A stretch of 64,000 nt of DNA from Raoultibacter sp. (GTDB lineage Bacteria; Actinomycetota; Coriobacteriia; Coriobacteriales; Eggerthellaceae). The stretch covers positions 7,652 to 71,651 of the forward strand of contig JAVWAI010000002.1 in assembly GCA_036650075.1 (NCBI GenBank). Reading direction: 5' to 3'. Within the stretch, counting starts at the first letter, position 1. Each line of letters begins with the position of its first letter. Below the pieces are notes generated by a model. The model ran no database searches, was not told the origin of the DNA, and worked only from the letters and a program-made list of their open reading frames with translations. The translations under genes were made by a program, and so were the position numbers. Shown piece after piece: positions 18,507-28,297 of the stretch.

Positions 18507-19988
18507 ATGCGCATTGGATTTGATAACGACAAGTACATCGCACTTCAAGCAGAACACATCCGTAACCGTATTGCTCAGTTCGGTGGCAAGTTATATTTGG
18601 AATTTGGTGGCAAACTCTTCGATGACTACCACGCTTCGCGAGTTCTCCCCGGCTTCGAACCCGATTCCAAAATCCGCATGCTCAAGCAGCTCATCGACGA
18701 CGTGGAAATCATTATCGTCATCAATGCGAACGACATCGAAAAGAATAAACAGCGCGGCGATTTGGGTATCACCTACGATGAAGACCTTCTGCGGCTTATG
18801 GACATCTTCCGCGGCATGGGTTTTCTGGTCAGCAGCGTCGTGGTAACCCAGTATATCAGCCAACCCGCAACCGACGCTTTCCGCAGCCGTCTCGCTGCCC
18901 TCGGGATCACCACGCACCTACACCACCCCATCGCCGGCTATCCCTACGATATCGAACATATCGTGAGCGACGAAGGCTACGGGGTTAATGATTTCGTTGA
19001 GACCACGCGCCCTCTCGTTGTGGTAACAGCACCGGGTCCCGGCAGCGGCAAGATGGCCACCTGCTTATCGCAGCTCTATCACGAACACAAACGCGGAGTA
19101 AGCGCCGGCTACGCCAAATTCGAGACGTTCCCTATTTGGAACCTTCCGCTCAAGCATCCCGTCAACCTTGCCTATGAAGCGGCAACCGTCGACCTCAACG
19201 ACGTGAACACCATCGATCCGTTTCACCTCGAGGCGTACGGGGAAACCACCGTCAACTACAACCGAGATGTCGAGATTTTTCCCGTGCTCAAAGCTATGAT
19301 GGAAAGAATTTCGGGCACGAGCCCCTATCAATCGCCCACCGACATGGGTGTCAACATGGCCGGCATGGCGATTACCGACGACGAAATCGTCCGCACAGCC
19401 GCCAAACGAGAAATCGTGCGTCGCTACTTCCAGACCGCCGTTGAAGTCAAGCGTACCGGCACCGGTGACGAGAAAATGGAAAAACTCGAACTTTTAATGA
19501 ATCAGGCCGGCATCAATGCGAATCTGTTCCCCGCACGTGCTGCTGCCCTTTTAAAGGAAGAGACCACCGGCGCTCCTGCAGGGGCGATGGAATTACCCGA
19601 CGGCACGGTAATCACCGGCAAAACCTCCGAACTACTTGGGGCGGCATCGGCATTGCTCCTCAATACACTGAAAGCTTTGGTGGGTATAAGTGACGATATC
19701 GACATCATCAGCGACTCGGCTATTTCCCCTATCTGCCATCTCAAATCGGAACAGCTCAACCACAAAAATCCTCGGCTGCATTCCGATGAAACGCTTATCG
19801 CGCTTTCCATCAGCTCGGTGACCAACCCCCTTGCTGGCGAGGCAATCAAGCACGTCGACAGATTGAAGGGTTGCGATGCTTTCTTCTCGGTAATCATTTC
19901 CTCAACGGACGAGAAACTCTACCGAGCCCTCGGCATCAACGTTTGCTGCGAGCCCAAATACGAGAAACATCGCTATTATCACAAATAA
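18507..19988 (+). CDS. UPF0371/DUF1846 family protein (function unknown)
   Basis: 493 aa. The N-terminus FDNDKYIALQAEHIRNRI...LYLEFGGKLFDDYHASRVLPGF matches my recollection of the UPF0371 family found in Firmicutes and Actinobacteria. No catalytic assignment is possible from sequence. Confidence 0.8.
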   Translation: MRIGFDNDKYIALQAEHIRNRIAQFGGKLYLEFGGKLFDDYHASRVLPGFEPDSKIRMLKQLIDDVEIIIVINANDIEKNKQRGDLGITYDEDLLRLMDIFRGMGFLVSSVVVTQYISQPATDAFRSRLAALGITTHLHHPIAGYPYDIEHIVSDEGYGVNDFVETTRPLVVVTAPGPGSGKMATCLSQLYHEHKRGVSAGYAKFETFPIWNLPLKHPVNLAYEAATVDLNDVNTIDPFHLEAYGETTVNYNRDVEIFPVLKAMMERISGTSPYQSPTDMGVNMAGMAITDDEIVRTAAKREIVRRYFQTAVEVKRTGTGDEKMEKLELLMNQAGINANLFPARAAALLKEETTGAPAGAMELPDGTVITGKTSELLGAASALLLNTLKALVGISDDIDIISDSAISPICHLKSEQLNHKNPRLHSDETLIALSISSVTNPLAGEAIKHVDRLKGCDAFFSVIISSTDEKLYRALGINVCCEPKYEKHRYYHK

Positions 19989-20003
19989 ACGATACGCCAT
20001 GAT

Positions 20004-20900
20004 TTAAAAGAATACGCGCGAAGCATGAGCGTAAAAACCCTCATGCTTATAGCGCAACAAGACGGTGGGCGCTTCACCTTTGCGCACCAATACCCGCGTA
20101 ACGCAGGAATCAAAGGGAAGCGCCTCCCCGTCGGCAAACAATACCGTCTCTCGTTCTGCGGTATCGGGAACAAGACTGACCTCGACGACATCGCTTGGAC
20201 CGGTCACGATAGCCCGGGAATGCAGGGTGTGCGGCGCGAGCGGCACGACTACAAGTCCACCAAAACCCGGAGCAACCAAGGGACCGCCAGCCGAAAGGGA
20301 ATAAGCGGTCGAACCGGTTGCGGTTGCAACAACAAGACCGTCTCCCCGCATCTTAGCCACCGAAGCACCTGCGATGGCTAAATCGATATTGATGATGCGC
20401 CCCGAAGCACCCCGGGTGATCGCCAATTCATTGAGCGCGAAAAACGATCGACGAGCCTCTAGAGCTGTAGCCTCCTCGTCGCCTGCCGGAATAACGGTCT
20501 CGTCACCGTCTTCATCGCCCTCACAGACCACCCCGATGCGAAGATTCGTCCGTTCTTCCCGCACGACATCACCGGCAAGTGCCGCTGCGACAATCGCAAT
20601 CACACCGTCGTCGTTTGAGTTCGACAGAAAACCGAGGTTGCCAAAGTTGATACCAAGTATCGGCACGCCACTCGTTCCGATATGGCGCGCGGTTCGCAGT
20701 ATCGTTCCGTCGCCGCCGAGGACAACCGCCATATCGACAACTGCCGGATCGATACTTCCCTCGCAGGAGGTGGTAACGGCGATGTCAAACGAATCGAACA
20801 GCGTATAATCGATACCCTGAACGCCGAGATAGGTGGCGAGCATGAGCGACGCATCGACCGCTTTTGAGTTGGAGTTATTACGAACTATGAGGATATGCAT
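20004..20900 (-). CDS. nadK: NAD(+) kinase
   Basis: GGDGTILR motif, the NxGxLGFL motif (INFGNLGFL), and a TGSTAYSLSAGGP motif. Confidence 0.94.
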   Translation of the reverse strand: MHILIVRNNSNSKAVDASLMLATYLGVQGIDYTLFDSFDIAVTTSCEGSIDPAVVDMAVVLGGDGTILRTARHIGTSGVPILGINFGNLGFLSNSNDDGVIAIVAAALAGDVVREERTNLRIGVVCEGDEDGDETVIPAGDEEATALEARRSFFALNELAITRGASGRIINIDLAIAGASVAKMRGDGLVVATATGSTAYSLSAGGPLVAPGFGGLVVVPLAPHTLHSRAIVTGPSDVVEVSLVPDTAERETVLFADGEALPFDSCVTRVLVRKGEAPTVLLRYKHEGFYAHASRVFF

Positions 20901-20942
20901 GCAGGCTTCTTTCAGCTTTGTTAGTATAACTCTATATTATAG

Positions 20943-22874
20943 ATGAAACGGCGAGGACACTTTGTGAGCGAATCAGACAATTCTATCCTAAAGAACACGG
21001 GCATCATGACCGCTGCCACGCTCCTTTCTCGTATGACAGGGTTGATACGTACCTGGGCCATGGCATTTGCCATCGGCAACACCGTTCTGACTTCGGCCTA
21101 TCAAATTGCCTACAACATGCCGTCCATGATCTACGAACTGGCGGCAAGTGGCATCCTCGGCACCGCCTTCTTGCCGCTCTACCTTCTGAGTAAGGAACAG
21201 CGGGGGAAGGAAGGGGCTGACGATTTTTCTTCCAACATCTTGAGCATTGTACTTGTCGGCCTTGGAGCACTCGCCCTCGCCGGTTCGTTTTTTGCGCCCG
21301 AGGTCATCGCGACACAAACCTTTACCGTCCAAAATTCTGAAAGTCAAGAACTGGCAATCTTCTTCTTCAGGATATTTTCGATACAGATTCTCCTCTATGG
21401 TCTCGGTGCGGTAATCACCAGCATTCTCAACGCCGAACGCGTCTTCGTCGTGCCCTCGCTTGCCCCCGTCCTCAACAACATCATTGTCATTATCACGATG
21501 TTCGGCTACGTGCCCATCTCGCACCTCGACCCCTCATTTGCCATGTGGTGGCTCGCTGTCGGCACGTCCTTCGGCGTGCTCATCCAGTTTGGTGCCCAGA
21601 TTCCCGTCCTGATCAAACACGGATTCCACTACCGGCCCCACATCAACTTTCATGACCCGATGCTCAAAGAAGCCATCAAGATCGCCCTGCCCACTTTTGT
21701 CTATGTCGTTGGCACTATGGTCACTTTCAGCTGTCGTAACGCCTTCGGATTACAGGCGAGCGCAAACGGACCATCCACCCTCAATTATGCCTGGACCTGG
21801 TACCAACTTCCCTATGGCGTGGTTGCAGTTTCGCTTTCCACCGTTTTACTTACCGAACTCTCCGAGTGCGCAGCCAAAGAAAACTGGCGCGGCTTCAAAC
21901 ACCACGTCACCGATGGCCTCAGAAAGACCTTCTTTCTCATCATCCCCCTCGCGGCCATGGTCGGCTCTCTCGCCACCCCTCTGATGCAGCTGTTCCAGGC
22001 CGGCGCATTCAACGCGCAAGACGTGACCTCAGTCGCGATTATCCTAGCCCTCTGGACGCTGTCCCTACCGTTTTACGCCGGCTACATGTACATGTACCGC
22101 GTGTTTGCCTCCATGCGGAAGTTCATGACATTCGCCCTGGTCGACCTTGCGCTACGCACTATTCAGATAGCGGGATACTGGTTTTTATGCAGCCAGGATG
22201 CAATCGGCTTGATTGGTATCCCCCTGGCCGATCTTCTTTTTTACGGCATGATGATGGTTGCCACCACGATTATCGTGCAAAAGCACATCGGAGGGTTCGG
22301 GGTGCCCAGTATTTTAAGCCTCTTCATCCGAGTCGGGATAGCCTCCACAGCAGGCGGCGCAGCAGCAATCGCTCTGGGTGCCGGCTTCGACATCGCACTT
22401 GCCCCCCTGAGCTTCATCCCCGCTATGGCACGTGGCTTGCTTGATATCATCGTTGCCGGCAGTCTTGGACTCGTGGTAACCTTCTTACTCTGCAAGGTCT
22501 TCCGCGTACCCGAATTCGCCATGCTCTCCACCATTTTTCATAAGATTGGAGGCCTGGTATTTCGCAAGAAAGCAGATCGCTCTCAGCAGGTAGAAAACGA
22601 TGCAGCACCGGAACAAACCGATTCAGTCGATGCTTTAGAATCTGCCTTCCGCGGGAAACACGCCCGCCTCCCGCAGGATTCCAACGACATCCTCCCTCCG
22701 CAGAACAGGGTGCTGAGCGCCGATGAAACAGGTGCCATCATGCTTCGTGCGAAACATAGCGCGCTCGGCTCAAACGCAATTCGCCCCTCAAATGAGGCGA
22801 CCTCACCTCAGCCATCAACCGCAAGACCCGACGAAACGGGCGCTATCATGAAACGTGCCCGTCACGTGCGCTAA
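20943..22874 (+). CDS. murJ: Lipid II flippase MurJ (MviN) with a ~110-aa non-membrane C-terminal tail
   Basis: The N-terminus TAATLLSRMTGLIRTWAMAFAIG is typical of MurJ. It is a polytopic MOP-superfamily protein. The tail carries two copies of the DETGAIM-x-RA-x-H motif. Confidence 0.9.
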   Translation: MKRRGHFVSESDNSILKNTGIMTAATLLSRMTGLIRTWAMAFAIGNTVLTSAYQIAYNMPSMIYELAASGILGTAFLPLYLLSKEQRGKEGADDFSSNILSIVLVGLGALALAGSFFAPEVIATQTFTVQNSESQELAIFFFRIFSIQILLYGLGAVITSILNAERVFVVPSLAPVLNNIIVIITMFGYVPISHLDPSFAMWWLAVGTSFGVLIQFGAQIPVLIKHGFHYRPHINFHDPMLKEAIKIALPTFVYVVGTMVTFSCRNAFGLQASANGPSTLNYAWTWYQLPYGVVAVSLSTVLLTELSECAAKENWRGFKHHVTDGLRKTFFLIIPLAAMVGSLATPLMQLFQAGAFNAQDVTSVAIILALWTLSLPFYAGYMYMYRVFASMRKFMTFALVDLALRTIQIAGYWFLCSQDAIGLIGIPLADLLFYGMMMVATTIIVQKHIGGFGVPSILSLFIRVGIASTAGGAAAIALGAGFDIALAPLSFIPAMARGLLDIIVAGSLGLVVTFLLCKVFRVPEFAMLSTIFHKIGGLVFRKKADRSQQVENDAAPEQTDSVDALESAFRGKHARLPQDSNDILPPQNRVLSADETGAIMLRAKHSALGSNAIRPSNEATSPQPSTARPDETGAIMKRARHVR

Positions 22875-22897
22875 AGTCTTCTCAACACCACAACGCA

Positions 22898-22925
22898 ATT
22901 CGGCGCCTCGCAAAAGGCGCCGAAT
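22898..22925. terminator. Bidirectional hairpin between convergent murJ and map
   Basis: ATTCGGCGCC-8 nt-GGCGCCGAAT, a 10-bp perfect stem. Confidence 0.6.
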
Positions 22926-22948
22926 AGAAAATCACGACAAATAGCACA

Positions 22949-23719
22949 CTACAGAGGGCGCCGATGGTCAGCTTCCGTCGTAATGATCAGCGGACCGTCT
23001 TCGGTGATGGCGACCATTTTCTCGAAGTGGGCCGAGGGCTTACCATCGTGTGTACACACCAACCAGCCATCAGGCATCTGGCGCGTCTTATAGGTACCCA
23101 CGTTAATCATCGGCTCAATCGCCAACACCATACCAACCTCGAGTTTGATTCCCGTATGCTTGCGCCCGTAGTTGGGAACGTTGGGGTCTTCATGCATGCT
23201 GCGGCCAATGCCATGGCCAACATATTCGCGCACCACACCAAACCCTGCCGCCTCGGCAATTTCCTGCACCGCAGCACCGATGTCTCCTAGACGATTACCG
23301 GCGCGTGCCGCATCGAGAGCGGCCCACATGCACTTTTCCGTTACGTCGAGCAAGCGCTGTTTGGTGGGCGAAATCTTACCCACAGCGAACGTCCAGGCAT
23401 TATCTCCCACCCATCCGTTCACCGTGGCTCCGGTGTCAACCGAAAGGATGTCGCCTTCCTGCAAGATGATACTTTCTGAGGGAATGCCGTGGACGATCTG
23501 CTCGTTGACCGAAGCGCAGATGGACCCGGGGAATCCACCGTATCCTTTGAATGCGGGAATACCACCTTCAAAGCGGATCATAGCTTCGGCAAAACGGTCG
23601 AGTTCAAGGGTTGAAACGCCCGGCTTCACCCGTGCGCCGACCTCGCGTAAAACTTTCGCACTGATGCGGCCCGCTTCCTTCATCGCTTCGATTTCTGCGG
23701 GAGATTTCTTTATAATCAT
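22949..23719 (-). CDS. map: Type I methionine aminopeptidase
   Basis: 256 aa. Metal-ligand context is present (HGIP, D..VD.GA, H.VGHGIG, E.MI). Family length is as expected. Confidence 0.95.
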   Translation of the reverse strand: MIIKKSPAEIEAMKEAGRISAKVLREVGARVKPGVSTLELDRFAEAMIRFEGGIPAFKGYGGFPGSICASVNEQIVHGIPSESIILQEGDILSVDTGATVNGWVGDNAWTFAVGKISPTKQRLLDVTEKCMWAALDAARAGNRLGDIGAAVQEIAEAAGFGVVREYVGHGIGRSMHEDPNVPNYGRKHTGIKLEVGMVLAIEPMINVGTYKTRQMPDGWLVCTHDGKPSAHFEKMVAITEDGPLIITTEADHRRPL

Positions 23720-23859
23720 GACTCATGCTTCTTTCATACGCCGTTACTTTTCGTCGACCAGTATATCACTCCCGAAATTCTCAGTACGAACCGAAAGAAC
23801 CGAAGAACAAGCGGAAAACACCTCGACAAAACGCGGGCAAGAAACAGGCCTCAACCAAA

Positions 23860-23892
23860 GAAGCGGACGAATCCCAAAGATTCGTCCGCTTC
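23860..23892 (-). terminator. Terminator downstream of gadB
   Basis: GAAGCGGACGAATC-5 nt-GATTCGTCCGCTTC (14-bp perfect stem). The minus strand continues TTTGGTT. Confidence 0.65.
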
Positions 23893-23935
23893 CCCTCGCC
23901 GGCGACCTACTTCCGCAAGAAATTTCTCGACAGCT

Positions 23936-25387
23936 TTACTTCTTAAGGCTGCGCCCGCCGTGATTAAACCCTGTCGTAAAGACCTGATCGGTTTTGCCGG
24001 TGATAATATGGCTCTTGTTGAGGTTATCGATCTCCTTTTTCATATCACCGATCAGCTTGATAGCAAGCTGCATAGATAAATCTTGACGAGCAACGATGCG
24101 CTGCACGATCACATCTTGCAGGTTTTCAGGCAACGGATAAGCCGGCACAAGCCAGCCGCTCATACGAAGACGATCGGAAAGATCATAGAGCGACCACTGT
24201 ACGCCGGCATCGTCTTTGAGACCCCAGCACACGATCGGAATGTTATCGGCCGCCTCATAGAGCTTAAACAACCCCATATCCTTGATTTCGGCCGCTAGAT
24301 AACGCGCAACATCAAAGGTGCGCTGATGAATTTCCCTAAAGCCTTCGAACCCGTTACGCATAAATACGTAGTATTGACCGACGATCTGAGAAGCGGAGCG
24401 GGAGAAGTTGATGGCCATCGTGGCCTCTTCCCCGCCCAGGTATGAAACCCAGAAAATCAGATCTTCAGGCAGCGCTTCCTTGTTGCGCCACAAAACCCAA
24501 CCGATACCAGGATAAACCAAGCCGTATTTATGACCCGAAGCATTAATGGACCAGACGTTTTTCAAGCGGAAATCCCATTTCAGTTCAGGATCAATAAAGG
24601 GCGCAACCATTGCACCGGAAGCGCCATCAACATGAATCTTAATGGGAAAATCTGAGTTTTCCCCGTTATACGCTTCAACGAGCGCATCGAGCCTCTCCAC
24701 GTCGTCGTACTTACCCGTATAGGTGATACCCAGAATAGCCGTGATGCCGATCGTATAGTGGTCGACAGAATCCATAACGGTATCCATGTTAAGGGAGAGT
24801 TTGTCTTCTTCGAGCGGAATCAGGCGCATTTCAATATCCCAATAGCGGCAGAATTTTTCCCAGCAGATTTGATAGGCCGACGAGATAACGAGATTCGGAC
24901 GAGCCGCGCACATATCGAGCCCCTGCGCTTTCGCAATCGCCTTCCAACGGAAGAGCATACCCAGGCCACCAAGCATGCACGCCTCAGACGACCCCACGGT
25001 TGAGGTACCCAGTGCTTGCCTGTCAGGGTCTGCATTCCATAGAGTTCCCAGCATAGCGACACAGCGGTTCTCAAGGTCTGCCGTCATCGGATACTCATCT
25101 TTATCGATGGCATTTTTGTCCATGTTCTCGGCCATGAGTTTCGTAGCCGTTGGATCCATGTAGGTCTGGCAAAACGTCGTCAGGTTTTGCGTCGCGTTGC
25201 CCTCGATTGAAAGATATTCCGTAATCATCTCGTAGGTGACACGCGGATCGATAGGGGCTTCGTTCATCTTATCAAGCGGCATTGCACTATCGCTCGCTTC
25301 GGAACCGAAAATCGGGGTAAGATACTTTGTCTTTTCGTCCATAGCATCTAAGGTGCTGCTCTGGATCTTCACACCATTCTTTTTCAT
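23936..25387 (-). CDS. gadB: Glutamate decarboxylase (PLP-dependent)
   Basis: 483 aa. It has the SGHKYG PLP-lysine motif and GSSEACMLGG. It is collinear by eye with bacterial GadA/GadB and sits next to an APC-family antiporter. Confidence 0.93.
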   Translation of the reverse strand: MKKNGVKIQSSTLDAMDEKTKYLTPIFGSEASDSAMPLDKMNEAPIDPRVTYEMITEYLSIEGNATQNLTTFCQTYMDPTATKLMAENMDKNAIDKDEYPMTADLENRCVAMLGTLWNADPDRQALGTSTVGSSEACMLGGLGMLFRWKAIAKAQGLDMCAARPNLVISSAYQICWEKFCRYWDIEMRLIPLEEDKLSLNMDTVMDSVDHYTIGITAILGITYTGKYDDVERLDALVEAYNGENSDFPIKIHVDGASGAMVAPFIDPELKWDFRLKNVWSINASGHKYGLVYPGIGWVLWRNKEALPEDLIFWVSYLGGEEATMAINFSRSASQIVGQYYVFMRNGFEGFREIHQRTFDVARYLAAEIKDMGLFKLYEAADNIPIVCWGLKDDAGVQWSLYDLSDRLRMSGWLVPAYPLPENLQDVIVQRIVARQDLSMQLAIKLIGDMKKEIDNLNKSHIITGKTDQVFTTGFNHGGRSLKK

Positions 25388-25512
25388 AGCATTCTCCTAC
25401 TCGCTCACATTATAGATACCAACAATACGATCAAACAGAGAATCAGGAGGCGGTTTTGCCTGCGGCACCAGAACAGGATACAGAACAAGATCCCGTCTCC
25501 TTGGGCAGGTTA

Positions 25513-27111
25513 TCACTTACTCTCTTCCGATTCCGATTGACGGTCAGAAGACTCCTCTCCGATTTCCGACGAGGCCCTACCCGGTGTCGCGGAAGAAACA
25601 ACACCGGTTACCGAGGACAGGGAGGACGGCTTGTTCCAGCGATGCTGCTGACTGTAGATGATAAAGGGAAGCGCGACAGAAATTATGAAGCAAATTGCGA
25701 GCGTACCCTGATATACCGCGTTTGCCTGCGCATCGAGCTGCGAAGAAGGGAAAAACGATATGATCAGGGTCGCCAGTGTCACCACCATTCCAGCGCCTGC
25801 GACAATCGCCTTAAAGACAGTTCCACCCGGCAGTTGAAATTCGCGCGCCAAGTCCCGATGCTTGAAGATCAAGACGAAATACCCAGCGAAAAACAAAATA
25901 TAGCCAACGAGATAGATAACAACGGTGAGGCCGATAGCGGTCATATACCCCACCGAAGAACTCGACCCACCCGAAAGCGCAATGGATCCACAGAGAATCG
26001 CATCCCAGATAGTAACGATAACCGCCTGAATCATGACAGTCTTGACCGAGACGCCGTGCTTGTTGAGCTTTTTAAAAGAGGGGGGCAGGATTCCTTCGTG
26101 AGCCGTATCGAGCAGAGCACGGGAAGGGCCGACAATCCAAGCAGAAATTTCAGCAAGAACCCCAACGGCCAGCAAAATAGCCACAAGATACACGACCCAG
26201 GCCCAGCCGGCACCGAAGTGTGTGGTGAAAATAGCGACAAAAGCTTCAATAACTCCGAATGACAGGTTGCTGTCGAGTGTTTGGGAGGACAGCGAAGTCG
26301 CCACCGCCAAACCGCCGATAGCATCGAGCACTATGGTAAGAATTACCAAGATGATCATCGCGAGAGGATAGTTGCGGGAAGGGTTTTTTAACTCATTGAT
26401 ATGAGAAGCCGAAGCTTCAACACCCATATACGCCAAAATGAATGAAGCAAACACCACAAGCGTGTCGGCATTGGAAAAATCGGGGACGAATGTGGCGAAA
26501 TCCATCGTTATCTGAGAAACACCACCCGTAGCGAAATAAGCAGCAAGCCCTATGAACAGAATGGCAACCGGAACGAGAATGCCGCCGACAAAACCGACCT
26601 TGGAAATGCGAGCGGTATATTTAGTGCCTCCGAGCTGGGTGAAGGTCAACGCCCACACAATGATTGCCACGCCGAAGAACATCACCAAAGGATTATCATA
26701 CAAAGCGCTCCACTTGAAAACATAAGCAAGGGCCGCCAGGATGAAGAAGGACATCGTCACAAAGCCGACGGTGATCTGAAACCACTGAAAGAAAAGAGCA
26801 GCAAAACCCCAACGCTTGCCGAGAGTATTTCCTACCCAAGCAAAGATGCCACCCGATTCCCACCCTTTAACCGTAGCCATTTCAGCCGCACACATCGCGA
26901 CGGGCAAAAACCACAGAAGACCACCAATAATCAAAAAGAATACCAGCTGAAAACCCGAAGATGCAAAGGAAGGATATTCATAAACCGTCATCACCATGGA
27001 GGCAGTGATAGCAAAGAAGCCGAAAAAACCAAGCGTGCGTTTAAAGCTAGGACGACTCAGTTGGCCGGGAGAAACCTGCTGCGAATCAGGCAGTTCTGAA
27101 GTTGTGCGCAT
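25513..27111 (-). CDS. gadC: Glutamate:GABA antiporter (APC superfamily)
   Basis: A ~12-TM APC transporter located upstream of gadB. The track ORF runs to 27189. The ATG at 27109-27111 (MRTTSELPD) has GAAAGG 9 nt upstream. Confidence 0.85.
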   Translation of the reverse strand: MRTTSELPDSQQVSPGQLSRPSFKRTLGFFGFFAITASMVMTVYEYPSFASSGFQLVFFLIIGGLLWFLPVAMCAAEMATVKGWESGGIFAWVGNTLGKRWGFAALFFQWFQITVGFVTMSFFILAALAYVFKWSALYDNPLVMFFGVAIIVWALTFTQLGGTKYTARISKVGFVGGILVPVAILFIGLAAYFATGGVSQITMDFATFVPDFSNADTLVVFASFILAYMGVEASASHINELKNPSRNYPLAMIILVILTIVLDAIGGLAVATSLSSQTLDSNLSFGVIEAFVAIFTTHFGAGWAWVVYLVAILLAVGVLAEISAWIVGPSRALLDTAHEGILPPSFKKLNKHGVSVKTVMIQAVIVTIWDAILCGSIALSGGSSSSVGYMTAIGLTVVIYLVGYILFFAGYFVLIFKHRDLAREFQLPGGTVFKAIVAGAGMVVTLATLIISFFPSSQLDAQANAVYQGTLAICFIISVALPFIIYSQQHRWNKPSSLSSVTGVVSSATPGRASSEIGEESSDRQSESEESK

Positions 27112-27426
27112 ACGTATCAGACCTTTCATATACCGTTTCGCAACCGCCGGAAAACACCCGACAGAAGCTGTCAACAGATGCAATTTCACGGAAGCTTCCC
27201 TCTATCTCATGACGACCTCCTCACCCGATTGAAACAACTCGCTACATTAAGAAGTATTCGGTGTATCACAAATCGAGTTGATATGCAGAGGTGTTACCAC
27301 ACCGTTGGTAAGCGGATGGAAAACGGTAATGAAAAAAATAAAACACCGTCACCTTAAAGGGGTTTAAACCATAAACCATACTATTGAACTGGTATTTTAT
27401 AAAATCAGAAAAGTATGAAACGGTAC

Positions 27427-27452
27427 AAAAAAGGAGCCCTGAGGCTCCTTTT
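27427..27452 (-). terminator. Rho-independent terminator downstream of rplA
   Basis: Minus strand reads AAAAGGAGCC-TCAG-GGCTCCTTTTTTG. Confidence 0.75.
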
Positions 27453-27479
27453 AATCGTGCATATTTTGCGATAGATAAG

Positions 27480-28196
27480 TTATTCAGCAATTGGCTGCGT
27501 GTAGTTGCGCACAACGGAGCTATCAACCGTGACACCAGGACTCATGGTCGAAGTGAGGGTGATGTTCTTGACGTACTTGCCCTTGGCAGCAGCGGGACGC
27601 ATGCGCAGGATTTCGTCATAGATTGCACCATAGTTCTCAACCAGCTGTTCAGCGGTGAAGCTGACTTTACCCAAGATGACATGAGCGATACCAAAACGGT
27701 CAGCACGATATTCAACACGCCCGCCCTTAAGCTCTTTAATGGCCTTGGCAACGTCGTTGGTTACCGTACCGAGCTTCGGATTCGGCATCAAGCCACGGGT
27801 ACCGAGAATCTTGCCGAGACGGCCAACCTTAGCCATCTGGTCAGGAGTAGCAACCGTTGCGTCGAAGTCAATGTTGCCCGCCTTGATGTCGGCAATCAGG
27901 TCGTCAGACCCGACGATATCAGCGCCGGCTTCCACGGCGGCACGAGCGGCATCGCCTTCGGCGAATACGGCGATACGGACGGTTTTACCGGATCCGTTCG
28001 GCAAGCTGACGGTGCCACGAAGCTGCTGATCAGCCTGGCGAGTGTCGATACCCAAGCGGAAGTGAGCTTCCACCGTTTCGTCAAACTTAGCGAAGGAGAT
28101 ATCCTTGACCAATGCCATTGCCTCAAGCGGGGCGTACTGCTTTTCGAACTCAACTTTTTCGAGTGCTGCTTTGTAGTTCTTGGTTAAATGAGCCAT
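27480..28196 (-). CDS. rplA: 50S ribosomal protein L1
   Basis: The sequence starting MAHLTKNYKAALEKV...DETVEAHFRLGID...LPNGSGK is unmistakable L1. ATG at 28194-28196; the track ORF adds 10 spurious codons. Confidence 0.97.
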   Translation of the reverse strand: MAHLTKNYKAALEKVEFEKQYAPLEAMALVKDISFAKFDETVEAHFRLGIDTRQADQQLRGTVSLPNGSGKTVRIAVFAEGDAARAAVEAGADIVGSDDLIADIKAGNIDFDATVATPDQMAKVGRLGKILGTRGLMPNPKLGTVTNDVAKAIKELKGGRVEYRADRFGIAHVILGKVSFTAEQLVENYGAIYDEILRMRPAAAKGKYVKNITLTSTMSPGVTVDSSVVRNYTQPIAE

Positions 28197-28297
28197 TTCA
28201 TTTCCTTTCGTGGTGATGGCGAGCACGTATGCTCTTCCACTGTCTTATACGTCACGAACAACGGAACCAATCCGCATTCGTAGAGTATTACGGTTTT

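Noticed and set aside
23936-27111. The gadC-gadB pair as a horizontally acquired island or novel system.
   Set aside because: It is a standard two-gene glutamate-dependent acid-resistance module (antiporter followed by decarboxylase) with ordinary signals and no mobility genes or flanking repeats. It is a common accessory trait of gut and oral anaerobes.
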